A stretch of 64,000 nt of DNA, taken from positions 186,001 to 250,000 of the forward strand of contig FLMG01000350.1 in assembly GCA_900088475.1 (NCBI GenBank), read 5' to 3'. Under the pieces are notes generated by a model that saw only the letters and a list, made by a program, of their open reading frames with translations, did not search any database and had not been told where the DNA came from. A program made the translations under genes and the position numbers. The DNA is from Hyphochytrium catenoides. Lineage: Eukaryota; Protista; Hyphochytriomycota. This document shows positions 25,638 to 38,151 of the stretch, one piece after another (the stretch's first letter is position 1; each line of letters begins with the position of its first letter).

Positions 25638-26411
25638 TCACCCCAGGCTGGCGGAAGCACCTTCCAGGCCCACCCTTCTATAAACTCGCACATAATCCAA
25701 AAGGAGTTCTTGAGGGAAAACAGTTTGTCCATCGGGAGGTGGGACTGGGTTTCCCCCGACAGCAAGGTTTACAATGATATGAAAGCGTTGATCGAACATC
25801 CAAGGACATGGTCCTGCCAAGCAAGGGCCCAGATCACCCGGTGTCTTTGTGGCATAATGGATCCCATCCACGTACCATTTTATGGCTCGCTCCTCCCATT
25901 CAATGGCAAAAGAATGGAACTCATCTGCAAAGCTGCCCACGGGAAGGACAAATTCACCGCTCGACCACTTGTTATGCGGCCAAGGATCGCCGTAGTTGAT
26001 AGCTCCCTTGACTACCCGGCAGAAGTCATCCTGCCCCATCATTTCCATCACATCTATTTCCCCGCTGAGAGGCCAGCCACCGTAAACATTGTCTTCTGGC
26101 AGTAGCCAGAACGCTGGCCACATGCCTTTCCCTTGAACCAGCTTCGCGCGAAACTCGATCTTTCCATAGCAAAAGCTAAACTTTTTCGAGGTGTTAATTC
26201 GTGCGGACGTGTACTCCTTGCCCAGATACCATTCCCGGCGGGCCGTGATCACTAGATTACCGTCCTTCACTTTAACATTCTCCGGGTCGTCTCTGTAGTA
26301 CTGGAGCTCGTTGTTTCCACAGCCATCGCCACGAACCTCGACATTCCAGTAGGCTCGATTCAGTGCGTCCCCATTGAAGTCATCTTCCCAGATGAGCTCG
26401 TACGTTGACAT
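25638..26411 (-). CDS. Glycoside hydrolase family 16 beta-1,3-glucanase (laminarinase-like), intronless
   Basis: LIWEDDF, GNNELQYY, YTSARINT, WPAFWLLP, catalytic EIDVME, NLAVGG and DYVRVY motifs. No signal peptide after Met 26411. Confidence 0.93.
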   Translation of the reverse strand: MSTYELIWEDDFNGDALNRAYWNVEVRGDGCGNNELQYYRDDPENVKVKDGNLVITARREWYLGKEYTSARINTSKKFSFCYGKIEFRAKLVQGKGMWPAFWLLPEDNVYGGWPLSGEIDVMEMMGQDDFCRVVKGAINYGDPWPHNKWSSGEFVLPVGSFADEFHSFAIEWEERAIKWYVDGIHYATKTPGDLGPCLAGPCPWMFDQRFHIIVNLAVGGNPVPPPDGQTVFPQELLLDYVRVYRRVGLEGASASLG

Positions 26412-26841
26412 CAGAGAAACTGATTCCCTACAAATCTTCTTGCATCACACGTCGGTTTTCTTCACTAGTATTCAGCTCATCGGTCTTTCAAAGGTCAAAC
26501 TGGAGCCAACAAGCTGCTGGGCAGAGCTCAGGCAAGATGAAGCAAGCACGAACCTCGTAGATCGGTCACTGATGAGAAGTCCAATGAGAATCTTCAGAAA
26601 GATTTGGTTCTTTCTCTGTAAGGTGGGAGGGGAGAGGGGTTTCCTCCCTTTGATGCCGAAGCTATCAAAAAGGTACGAGAATATCGTTGCACCATTAGCA
26701 TTCCGTCCCTGCACTACGAGTGAGGTATTACCCGAAAGTAACGTCTTCATAGCTTTAACACCCAGAATAGAACACATCCTTGCCTCTGCCATTTAGAAAT
26801 ATGTTTTATAAAAAGCCTCTTTGGGCATTTGCACATCTGTG

Positions 26842-28725
26842 ATGGCGGATCGCTTCCATGCACCAAGAAGACGCAAGCTTGGACGCAAGCACAGTTGCAG
26901 GCAAGCGGCAAAGAGCAACAGTACAGTCGATGATATAATACGGGACCTCGCTCCGCCCGTGAACGGTTTGGAGATCATGTCATCATGGCGGCATGCTCTG
27001 GGCTTGCTCAAAAAGAAGGCGACGGGCAGGAATATCTCAGGAGTCATCCTAGACTTAGACATCCTTCGAAGCTGCCAGGTTATGGAAAGATGTTGAGACA
27101 ACATTACCCGCCAGCAGAACTCATAATTTTCTATTCCCTAGCCTATTATCCGCGCGTCAAGTGAAGGTGACAACACTGGTCGACCAAGCTACGCTACCCA
27201 GCTAAATAAGTAGGAAGTGACATCAACTAAGGCTGCTGCCTTCCTTGGTCCCTTAAAGGTGCACTGATTTCCCTCCTCACCCTGTAGGTTTGGATACAGA
27301 GTTGGGGCGCTCGGCTCGCCAGAAGAGGTAAACGACATCTAGACTCTCCACCATTTGAGGCCGCAATGCTCACCTAATGGGGTGTCAGGCCAACAGCTGG
27401 CGTCATGAGTTCAATGAAGTGATCGTCGTAGAGTCAGATAACGTTAAGGTAAGGTTCAGAGGTCATTTTTCGAGAATTATTTGTACTAATCTTTGTCGCG
27501 TGACTAGCTTGAAGCTTCGTTGTACAGGAGCCTAGCGGAACGGCTCTCAGTCCCGCTGTCCCAAGTTCTTATTATCCTAGACGAATCCCTGCAGGATGAT
27601 AGCGGTAAGGCAAACCTGATCATTCGCAAGGGATGAGAGGAACTATTAGCGTTTACAATACTTGGTCGCGCAGGAGGACGGTACCAGGATTTGATCTGCA
27701 ATCACCTGGGTGCCACTTTGGCGTGGCTTCCCGGTGTCGATCTAGATAAGCAGACTATCAGTCAAGAAGACGGTAGGCCTACGACATGTTGACTCTGCGA
27801 GTGCAAGTTGGCCTGCTTGCTGACCTTAGCTCAATCTTTACCCGGCTTCACAGGTCCAGTTCCAGATGATATTGCTGACAGTAAGGAGAGTGCTATTCAT
27901 CACGGAAAACAAGTGCCACTGTCTGCTAAACTCTCGTCTTAGCTATCATAGGGCTTGAAGGCCATAGCAACCCTATGGTCTTGCGCTTTGGGCCCCATCG
28001 TATCCGAAGCTCTGAGGTGTTCTTAGAGACCAAGTATTGCCTTGGGCTGGTCAACTTAAAACCAATAGCACCCGGTAACCCTTTTTCCCTCAGACCGCCT
28101 TACACCCTCCAAGCCGCAGTGACATGTGTTGAGTATAGGACATGTCCTGATTGTTTCCAGACGCTTGGTTCGAAGGTTTGCAGACTTACATTCTTCTGAA
28201 GTGGAGGAAATGTGGAGACTAGCACATGTAATGATGGAGATTTGTTGCTGCTACCCCACGCAAGCGTATCTGTTACGCTCTTTCTGACTTCTAGCTCTAC
28301 AATAGAAAGTGGGCGCTGTCATTGAGAAGCATTACAAGGCCCAATCTTTGACCTTCGCCATTCAGGTATGGATTCTCTCCTCTATCGGTGCTCTGTACAC
28401 TATGCTAGACTGAACTTACATGCAATGTAGGATGGCCCCGCCGCTGGCCAGACTGTCCCTCACGTCCACATTCATATTGTACCAAGAAAGATTGGCGACT
28501 TCGAAGATAACGATCAGGTCTACGAAGAGGTGGGTTAATCCCTTTAACACAGTTGACTAATAGGGCTAGACCTGATTCCTCCTAGCACAGATTGACAAGA
28601 CTGACTTTACGGAGAAACCGCCTACGAAAGGTCTGGACGCCCCGCAAGAGAGGCGAGCAAGGTCTCTCGAGGAGATGAGCGCGGAGGCAACGATTCTCCG
28701 CCAATTGTTTGCCCCACCCGCATAG
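26842..28725 (+). CDS. FHIT: HAD-like domain fused to FHIT (bis(5'-adenosyl)-triphosphatase, HIT family), about 12 exons
   Basis: The FHIT part is clear ([58 protein letters not shown]). Seven upstream exons splice in frame into it and carry HAD-like motifs. Confidence in FHIT alone is about 0.95; the score reflects the fusion. Confidence 0.75.
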
Positions 28726-29475
28726 TAATGATATAACGCGTGCTAGAGGAGAGTTCACTTGTAGCCAAGGCGGGGAAAGGCGAAAGAGAGTGTTTTTGAC
28801 TCGACCTCGAGCGTCCGCTGGAACCNNNNNNNNNNNNNNNNNNNNNNNCCTCCCCTCGAACTCATCGCATCTGGTCCGGGCTGTGTCGCTCGCTTCAGCC
28901 CTCACTTCTTAGACGTTCACAGAAAACCTTTAACAAGTCTAAACCACTGGGGTAACGCTGACTGTATTCCAGTAGTTCAGAGATGAGAAGAAAGCTACAA
29001 ACATCGGCTCAATCTTCAAGCTCTCGAGGCTGTACCTGGAGCAAGACCGTCCGCACCTTGCTAGTGAGAAGTACAGAAATAATGACACATTGTTCCTTGA
29101 AGTCCATACATAGAACTAAGGAAGAGCTGTTGCGCCTTTGCTTCTTCTGATCACATCATCATCACAATCATCAGCAAAATCCAGTCTGCTTTGTCTAGCT
29201 CCTGGGGGTCATGTGGGGCAGGGGCTTGTCCCTTGGGTTATTTATTGCTTGGGCTGTTTGGTGGTGGTATCCATAAGAAAATGTCTATGATGAGAACCAC
29301 AGGACTCCCCAGCCTCTCGATCCTCTGATGCTACTGAGTGTCACCAGGTCTGCCTTCCTCCGCGGTTTGGCGCCTCATTGCTCATCTGGATTGGTAGTTG
29401 CCAGGCCACTGCAGGAGCGTGTTAGCTGGACAAACAAGAGTGCTAGACCTACTTGGAGCCGAGAGTAGACGCGAG

Positions 29476-32400
29476 ATGGCTACTGAAGGCGCTGATGCCT
29501 TGACCCAAAGGATTATCGCCAAGGGCGATGACGTGCGACAGCTGAAGACGGCGAAAGCTGACAAAGCGGCCGTTGATGCAGCAGTTGCCGAGCTGCTCAG
29601 TCTTAAGAATGAGTATAAGCAGTTGACTGGGCAGGTACGACAGGAGCTATGGTGTCAGTTATTGTGCCAAAGAGCAAGGGCTATAATCTTGTTCTTCTTT
29701 GGCCACTAGGATTACCAAGCTCCAGGTGCCCCTAAGAAAGAGAAGAAGAAGGATGGGAAGCCGAAGGAGCCCAAGGACCCCAATGAGAAAAGCAAAAAGC
29801 AGCTGAAGAAGGAGGCAAAGAAGGCCGAGAAAGCAGACAAGAAGAAGGAAGCCCATGGAGAAGCTGGTCCATCTTCTTCCCCAGGTATTCCATTTGACGG
29901 TAGCCTACTCTCCTTGCAACCTCTGTCATATAACCCCTATGGTTGCTAGGCTCTCCCAATAAAACCCCTACGGAGAATGCAGCAAAAGCTTCTGCCAAAA
30001 AGGGAGCAGAGAAGCCCTCTGCAGCCGCAGCCAGCGCACAGGAGCCCCTTAAGGCTATTGCTTCACAGGCAAGTCTGCTTGAGATATGCTTGGCATCCTC
30101 AATCTTCTTTCAGCATGCGCTCTATCTAATTTTCTCCCCTCTTTCCATGCATTTACCCATTGGCACCTCTTCCCCAAAAGATACCGGCACCAGAGAGCTC
30201 GCCCGAAATACGCTTCACAGCAGACAATCTGCCCCTGGCCACTTTTATAGTTGGAGCGTTATCGGATCCCAACAAGGGCACATCCTGCTTCCGCCTTATC
30301 CCAGGTCATAAGGTCATTGCGGAAATGGCTTTCCCAAGCGGGTAAGTGGATTGTGCTGGCGTTAGCCTCATAGTGCTCTTGTTGCTTGTTAAGGGTTGTG
30401 ATAGAGATTCCGCTGACGGATGTGCAACACAGGGAGATTATCCGCGGTGATGCCAACATTGCCCGCTATCTGGCCATGCAGTGCAAGGACTTAGGGCTCT
30501 ATGGGCACGACGCTCTGTCTACAAGTGTCATTGAGCAATGGTTGGACTTTGGGGCCACTTACTTGAAGGGGTAAGTAGATGTCGGGAAGTGAGGCTCTAT
30601 CTCTAACCTTATCCTGGTCCTCGCACTTGTGGCACCAATTGTGCCCACACTACCATTATTTGAACATCTGGCGACTCAAAGACTCCAGTTTGCTGATGTT
30701 TGACCCTCCTTCAGCACTATTCGGGATGGTGTCGTGAGCTATCTAGACCAAGTTCTTCTTCATAAAACCTTTTTGGTGGGCTACTCAACGACTCTTGCAG
30801 ACATAGCTGTCTGGAGCTATCTCACGAGTAAGTTGGCCTATATTCCAAAAAACCCTTCTCTTTAGAGACAAGCTCCCACCACAACTCTAAGCCACGCGAC
30901 TTACCATTTACTTTGCTAACAGAGAAAGGTTTCAAGACCGACGACAAGTATCCTCATCTAGGGCGATGGTTAAGGCTGTTCAACTCCATATCTCCTTTTT
31001 CAGACGCCTCGGAGGCCTTATCTTCCTTGGTAGAGTTATTCCTTCCACCGTTAGCGTCCTTCTGACTTGCTAAGGTATTGCTCCTCTTTTGCACAGGTCC
31101 AGGCGATGCAACCTACGAAGGAGTCTTCCAGGGTAGGGGGAAGTAAGCCCACGCAAGAGGGAGCAAACGGCGGGAGCCAAAAGGGCAAAACCACAGGGAA
31201 CTGCCCGCCCCTACCAGGAGCGGTCGAAGGAAAAGTCTGCACTAGGTTTCCCCCTGAGCCAAGTGGATACCTGCACATTGGTCATATCAAGGCGGCAATG
31301 TTGAACAACTACTATGCCCGTCTGTACAAAGGGAAGCTCCGACTTAGATTTGATGATACGAACCCGAGGTCAGGACTTGATTCACATCTCAATAAGGTGT
31401 ACTGTGGTGCCTGTGAGTTGTTAAGTTGGCCGCCAACATTTTGGCTCGTACTCTTTGGAAGAATCATGGTCCTCCTGGTTGAGCCACTCAGCTCCTGCTG
31501 CCGCTTGGGTGTTCCTTATGCCGTCAGTTGGATACTTCTGCTTTCTATGAGCTGTGGACTCAGGTCGTGTCGTGTTAATGTAGCAAGGAGAAGATGGAGT
31601 TTGAACAATCCATCATTGAGGATTTGAAGAGGATGAACATTGTTCCCGACGAAGTAACCTACACCTCGGACTATTTTCCTCAAATGAAGGACTACGCTAT
31701 CAAGATGATCAAGTCTCATAAGGCTTATATGGATGACACTCCCGTGGAGAAAATGAGGTAGGAGTTAGCCTTGTTGGCCCTGAGCCACTTTGCCAGCTTA
31801 TTTAGGAGGCCCTTTTGATTCTCTTTAGGGAAGAGCGCATGGATGGCATAGAGTCTGCTCGCAGGACAACCTCGACAGAGGAGAATTTGAAGATTTTCGA
31901 AGAGCTCTGCAAGGGTAATCCAGACTACATAAAGTACTGCCTCAGAGCGAAAATTGACATGCAAGCAAAGAACAAGACGCTTAGGGACCCAGTCCTATAC
32001 CGTTTCAATGACACGCCACATCACCGCCACGGCACCAAATACAAAGCCTATCCTACCTATGATTTTGCATGCCCTATCGTGGATAGCCTCGAAGGCGTCA
32101 CACATGCACTGAGAACTACTGAGTACAATGATCGGTACGCCCTGGATGACGCCAACTTCTATCTCTTGTGGGGTTGACGGATTCTTTAGCAATCTATCTA
32201 TCTCGCGCCTGCTTGATCGACGACAGCCTCTATCTTTGTCCTGCCGTTTGCTGACTTCATCTCCCGGGTGCAGGGATGCGCAGTATCAGTGGGTCATTGA
32301 AGCTCTTGGCATTCGCCCTGTACAAATTGTGGCGTTCGCCCGTCTCAATTTCGTGCACACAGTACTATCGAAGCGCAAGTTGACCTGGTTTGTGGAAAAT

Positions 32401-33524
32401 AAGCACGTGGAGGGCTGGAACGATCCCCGTTTCCCGACCATTCAGGGCGTGCTGAGGAGAGGCGTTCAAGTTGAAGCTTTACGAGAGTTCATCTTAGGCC
32501 AAGGCTTCTCCAAGCGTATTGTTGACATGGAATGGGATAAGTTCTGGTAAGAAGTCCTACATATTGACAGCACAAGTGGAACAGTAAGATTAAGGGAGCA
32601 TTGGGGCCAGGATGCACCAGTCCTTGGTTTAGATGTATACTGACAGTTCTTTATGAAGGGCCATTAACAAGAAGTATGTCGACCCAGTGGCTCCGCGATA
32701 CGCCGCCATTGTGGTGGATACAGCTGTGGAGCTGAGGTTAACTAATGTTCCCAATGACGTCCAAGGTACAAAAATTCCTCAGCTCTTGCGTAGCGCACAC
32801 GGCTGGTGTTGGCCTATTGCTTACACTCTCTGTTCTTCTTTTCTCTAATGACGGCTCCTTCGTTTTCGCGTCGTCCTCTTCCTCTCGCTGTGACCCCAGC
32901 TATTAGCGTGCCTCTCCATCCCAAGAATCCAGACCTAGGAAGGAAAGTGCTCCGTTTGGCCAGCTCCGTTTGGCTGGAGGGTGATGACGCCAAAGATATT
33001 GTGGAAGGGGAGGAAATCACGCTAATGAAATGGGGCAACGCCATTGTGAGCAAAGTACAGAAGAATGCGGACGGCTCCATCGCCTATCTGGAAGGCACCT
33101 CCAACCCCTCAGGCGATGTTAAAGCCACCAAGAAAAAGCTAACCTGGGTTGCAAAACTGCCTGACGTTCCAAAGGTGCGGTCAAGGACTAGCTTGGGTGC
33201 CGCTTTGCTTACCCTGACATTTCGACCACTTTTTTGCAGGTGACTCTCGTAGAGTTCGACCACATCGTTACCAAGGCGAAGCTGGAAGAAGGCGACAGCG
33301 TTGAGGACTTTGTGAACAAGCACTCCAGAGCGGAGACAGTGGCTTACGCGGATCACGAGGTTCGCAACCTGAATGAGGACACTGTTATCCAGTTTGAGAG
33401 GCGCGGCTACTTCCGAGTAGATCGCCCACACATGTCAGACCAAAAGCCTGCCGTATTGTTTATGGTTCCTGATGGGAAGGCCAAAGCCATGTCAACTTTG
33501 TCCACCAAGTTGGCTCATCGCTAG
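29476..33524 (+). CDS. Cytosolic glutamyl-tRNA synthetase with N-terminal WHEP and GST-like domains
   Basis: WHEP ([37 protein letters not shown]), Lys-rich linker, GST-like segment, [37 protein letters not shown] and QFERRGYF. Confidence 0.96.
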
Positions 33525-34432
33525 CTGTCCCGGCCGTGCAGAAAGGAAGTGAAAGAGGCAACCCAGCTGCATCGCCCTGGACTGCCCATGGACACCCACA
33601 TAAGGACAGATTAATATAAAAAGACTTAGCTTCCAATCATAATACTCCGATAGAAGTGAAGCAAGTGCCTGCACTCAGCTTGCTGAACCTAGCGATCTCA
33701 CATCACAGAGGCCGCTGACGGAGTGCTTCTGCCTATTCAAGAGCACAAGGGTGCTTCGGCCCGTCTGCTCTCTGCAGCTTCAGCGGGCGCCGACTAAACG
33801 ACACGACAGCAACTCTTAGCAACACAGAGAAACCTGGTTCTTGTCCTGGGGGTGGTCTGAGATTGTTATTAGAAAATCTACCCACAGGCATGAAAGTGAA
33901 ACATCAGATGATGAGCAGATGCTCCCTCGCTCCCTCCTCTCATCGGGCCTGCAGATAGCCACGGCACACCCTGCCACTCTCCTCTCTCCGCCCCTGGAGA
34001 CCTTGATGCACACGAGCAGAGGCGCGATCACAGGTGCTACAGATGCTCCTACTTATAAGTTACTTTTCCGGTCGCCCCTTTCGTTCTCCACATCATCCGT
34101 TGCCCGTTCTCTAGTGGTCGCTGTGTATGGGATGAAAACTCGTGCAGGGCCCTTGGCGCGCCGTAGCTCTTAGATTGGGGACAGTCCCTCAATTCTCCTA
34201 GCTTCGAAGCTCTCTCCTTGTCGCCTCTGCAACTCAGTCCCGGGACCCCTTGTCCATCTGAAGTCCCTCTCCGTTACCCCAGTCATGGTCGGTAAAGGAA
34301 TGGAAGATGAGTCATAAGCAGCTGCATTCTCTATAGTGATAGCCTCATTTATTGAATTGCAAGCCCCAATGGCGGAGCTACGAGGCCCCGCTTGGTAGAC
34401 CTTCTCTGAGGCGTACCACGCCGCTGACTACC

Positions 34433-36781
34433 ATGAAGGAGACAGACGACTCTGCAAGCAAACGTCAAGAAGCGACAATGAAGCTGCTTCCAGAGGTGGA
34501 ACAGAAGTACTTTCTTCATTGGTTGTAGACAGTTGTCTGATCAACTTTATATTTGATACAGAACGATGTGGAGCTCTTTGGCTTCTACCCGCTGCAGGAA
34601 CGGCTAGTCTTGATCAAATGTATTCATTGTGGAAAACCCGTCATGGTAGGCCATCTACTTCACCGCTGGAGTTGAGGTAGATTAATGACTTCCTCTTGCA
34701 GCGCGACCACTTCCGAAGACATTTGGTCCTCTGCCTCCAGCTTATGCCGGAGAAAGAGAGACCCCAGCTGCGACTCACTATTCCAGCAGATCAGCTAGTA
34801 ATGACCCTCGCTACCAGCTAATAGCTCTATTCTCCAAAATCTCACTGCCGAGTACTCTTTCAGGATGTCTTGGATGAAGTGGACTCTACCGGGCAATTTC
34901 CTTCAAAGAAGCCTCGGTTGATGAAGGAGAATAACGATGCTCTCCAGTCCGCCGGGCAGTCTCAATCCCAGGTAAGGTATATCATACACGGAATAGCAAT
35001 TTCAGAATATGAGAGCCTTCCGATAGAAATTGCTCAGAACTCAGATCGTCATTCGTAGGAGAACGGCGGGGAACTCGAAATCGTAGAAGAAGAGGTGATA
35101 TCCCAGGGCATACTCACCAAGAGTGAACCAGATCCTCTCAAAGAAGAAGGTTCAATCTCTGTTTTGCTTTTGTCTCCTACTTTTATTTAATCTAACCCTT
35201 GCCTGCAGAGACCGAGCAAATTGTGTGCGACATGACCTTCAACAGTCTGCTTACTATGACAGACCTTAGGAAGCGATGCGTGGATACACACCTCGACCTC
35301 ACGTCGCGAAGAAGGAGGCGACGATCCTGGACGCAAGCAATTCTCTACGGGCCTCCACTCCTTCCAGCCATTACATCCAGCAGTCACTTAATAGACCGAA
35401 AAGCTAAAGGTGAGAAAGTTGGGAAGTTGTGTCGTTACGGAGGAAAGAACAGACGAAGTTTGGGTAGTTGCGGCGATGGGAATCAGGAGGAAAGAAGCAA
35501 TGAAGAAAGAGATGGCTGAGAAACAGATGAAGGGGCGCTGTACATCCGGACCCAGGGATGAGACACAAACTGTCTCTCTAGGTATTTGACTGAAGAGCCT
35601 ATAATCTAACCCAACTGACCTCCGCATAGTGGCCACAAGTACAAAGAAGGCTATCGCGGTCGACAAGAGCAAATCCAAGCACACCACTAAGGCACATTCG
35701 AGTACCGCACGACCCAGCTACTCTCTCGCTCAGTACAATAAGGCAAGCGCGCAAGCCAAAGCTAAGGCCGTGGGTTCCAAGAACAATAAGCTTGCGACTA
35801 AGGCGCAGGTTAGTAGGTCTGCTCCGTGTCCAAGCTTCCTGTCGATTTTCGGCCTAGTAAAGAGACGGAGAAAGCAAAGCGAGACCGGGGCATATATACC
35901 ATTGCTGAGTAGCAGCCTTCCGCCTGTCTAAACATTCTGTTGCTGCCTTTCCAATTCAGATGGCCAAATTTAGTGCTGGTGCTTACTCCGCCAATGCGAA
36001 GCCCACAGCTCGCTCCCCTGGGCTAAAGCAAGGTAATGCGTGAGAGTTATCGATGTGAATCTGGGACACGGATGTACCTTTTTGTTATTCCGTGTTAAAA
36101 TGCGTTCTCTTATAGGGACAAAGTCAAGTACCAGTAGCCCGAAACAAGTGCCTCTGCAACAAATCGCGGCGCAGCAGGCAGCTGCAGTGGCAGCCAAAAA
36201 GCTCACCACCGCTAAAAAGCCTGTTGCGACGAAGGGTACGCCAGCTGCCCTTTCGCCGGGTAATGGTACGTACAGAGGGAGCTACAGCACAAGCAAGCAG
36301 CAAGCGATTTATCAGCAAGCCCAACACAAGGGCGCAAAGGCTGCTGGACGAGCAGCAAGTCCGAAACAGACAGTCAGATCTACCCCCAAAGCGGGTACGC
36401 GGGCCATCCTAACTACTCAAACCGCCCACTTTGCTGCCCAAGCACGAGCAATGAACCAAAAGCTTCAAGCCAAAGCAGTGCCTCCACCCTCTAAGCCTGC
36501 CACTGGTCAACAAGGTTGAGCTGCTTTCCTGTGGGGGTTCCCAATCATGTTGTCGCTAAAGTTCTCGTCTAGAGGGTTGTGCTTTGGGGACCCCAAGGTT
36601 TGTGACTTCTAATCTGGCCCTTTATTCTCTTATAGGTTCCGCATCTGCCCAGCAGTCTCAGCCGGCAGGATGGAAGTCTCCAACCATCACCAATGTGCCC
36701 GAGGCTGCTAAAGCGAACTTCGCCGTTGTTAACTCCTCGGCAGTACCACGCGTAGGAGGGACAGGAGAATCGCGGTCCTAA
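34433..36781 (+). CDS. Ataxin-7/Sgf73-like protein (putative SAGA DUB-module subunit)
   Basis: Spliced DVELFGFYPLQERLVLIKCIHCGKPVM|RDHFRRHLVLC is the Cx2Cx11Hx3C finger preceded by the FG-x-P motif typical of ATXN7/Sgf73. Long K/A/Q/S-rich tail. Confidence 0.6.
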
Positions 36782-38106
36782 GATTTTAGGAAGCGTCTTC
36801 CCCGTTTAATGTGGAAGACTACCATATTTATTTGTCTCTAGCTGACTGTATCTATTCTAACAAAAATGCCCTCAAACTACCTGAGTATGTACTTATATCG
36901 GCCCTAAATAAGCCTTCGGACTCTGGGGTTGTCCTTCTTCGCTTCAAGCTCTTCTGAGGACGAGTAGCTGGCCACCAAGAGCTGTCGCCCTAGCTACTCC
37001 CCAACGTTCGACGCGACGGAAAGAAGAGACAGGCAAGGACCCTTAAGTCGTTAGCATTCGGAGATCAATTTATGTCCTCACACCTCCGAGAGGTCCTCGT
37101 CTTCCCGATCCACTGTATCCTCTTGAACACTTCTCTGGACAGTAGGGTTCATCTCTCCTCCTAGCATCTTATGTCCTCGACCCTTCTGCGAAAAGAGGTA
37201 GGTTAAGCGTGACATGAATAAGAGTAGATGAGTTGCCTTGGCAAGTGGCCACCCACCTCTCGCTCTCGAGATTTGCTTTTCTTTGTCTTATTGGGGCGCT
37301 GATAAGATACAGTCGGAACTTGAAAGCTCTGTTGTTGCTCTGAGGAGCTATCGGGGTCGAATGTCGCCAGTACCAAGGCAGTAGATTGACTGCCACCTGC
37401 TGGGATTTGAGAGGACAAAGCAAATAAGTGCAACGATAGCATCATTAATAAGCTTATATTCAGTGGAGACGAAGAGCGCACCTCTCCCCCTCTCTTTCTC
37501 TCTTGCTAACTGTTCCGTACGCTCCTGTCGCTGCTGCTCTTCGAAAGCCTTTCCTATTATCTCAAAGAAGACGGCCGACTCCGAACGAAACCGCAGAAAT
37601 GTCTGCAGGCACGATTAGGGGACGATATATGGACATGTTAACTAAGTGCAAAGACCTGCAGGGCAGGTGAACCTGAGCCCACTGCTATTTCCGCGATTGC
37701 TGGCACCTCAAAAACCTAGCTTTCGACAAGCAGGCAAATGTGAGAGCGCGAAAGTCTTACGCCTGCTGAAAGGAGTCAACGGAGTGGCAGGGCTGAAGAA
37801 GCGTAACGTTGTAAGGACAATGACCACTTGCCCTAGCGCTCTTACCGATTTAAAATAGTGCTGCAGGGCGACAGTTCTCTTTCTAATGAGACTAGATGAC
37901 GTGCTGTTCACGGCATGCCGGAGTTTGTCTCGCCTGTCTCTTTGATGTTAGCCTCTTTCCATCGTCTACCTGCTGCGTGGTGCTTACCTGGAATCCGGAA
38001 AGTCTATGCCTCTCATAGCATCTGGAAACTGAAAGCGTAGTTCTCTTCATTCATTAAAGGGATCATGTACGCAGAAGGGTCAGGGCTGAGGGTCTATGTA
38101 CACTTC

Positions 38107-38151
38107 TCGAGCAAATGGACATGATGTGTATCGAGCAAATGGACATGATGT
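38107..38151. repeat. 24-bp-period tandem duplication (TCGAGCAAATGGACATGATGT x2)
   Basis: Seen directly, inside a decayed region. Confidence 0.9.

Noticed and set aside
25602-26105. 167-aa + strand ORF overlapping GH16
   Set aside because: Antisense shadow with no independent features, although the upstream gene's 3' end is unresolved.
28980-29120. TPR-like fragment (IFKLSRLYLEQDRPHLASEKY)
   Set aside because: Too short, with no start or splice context.
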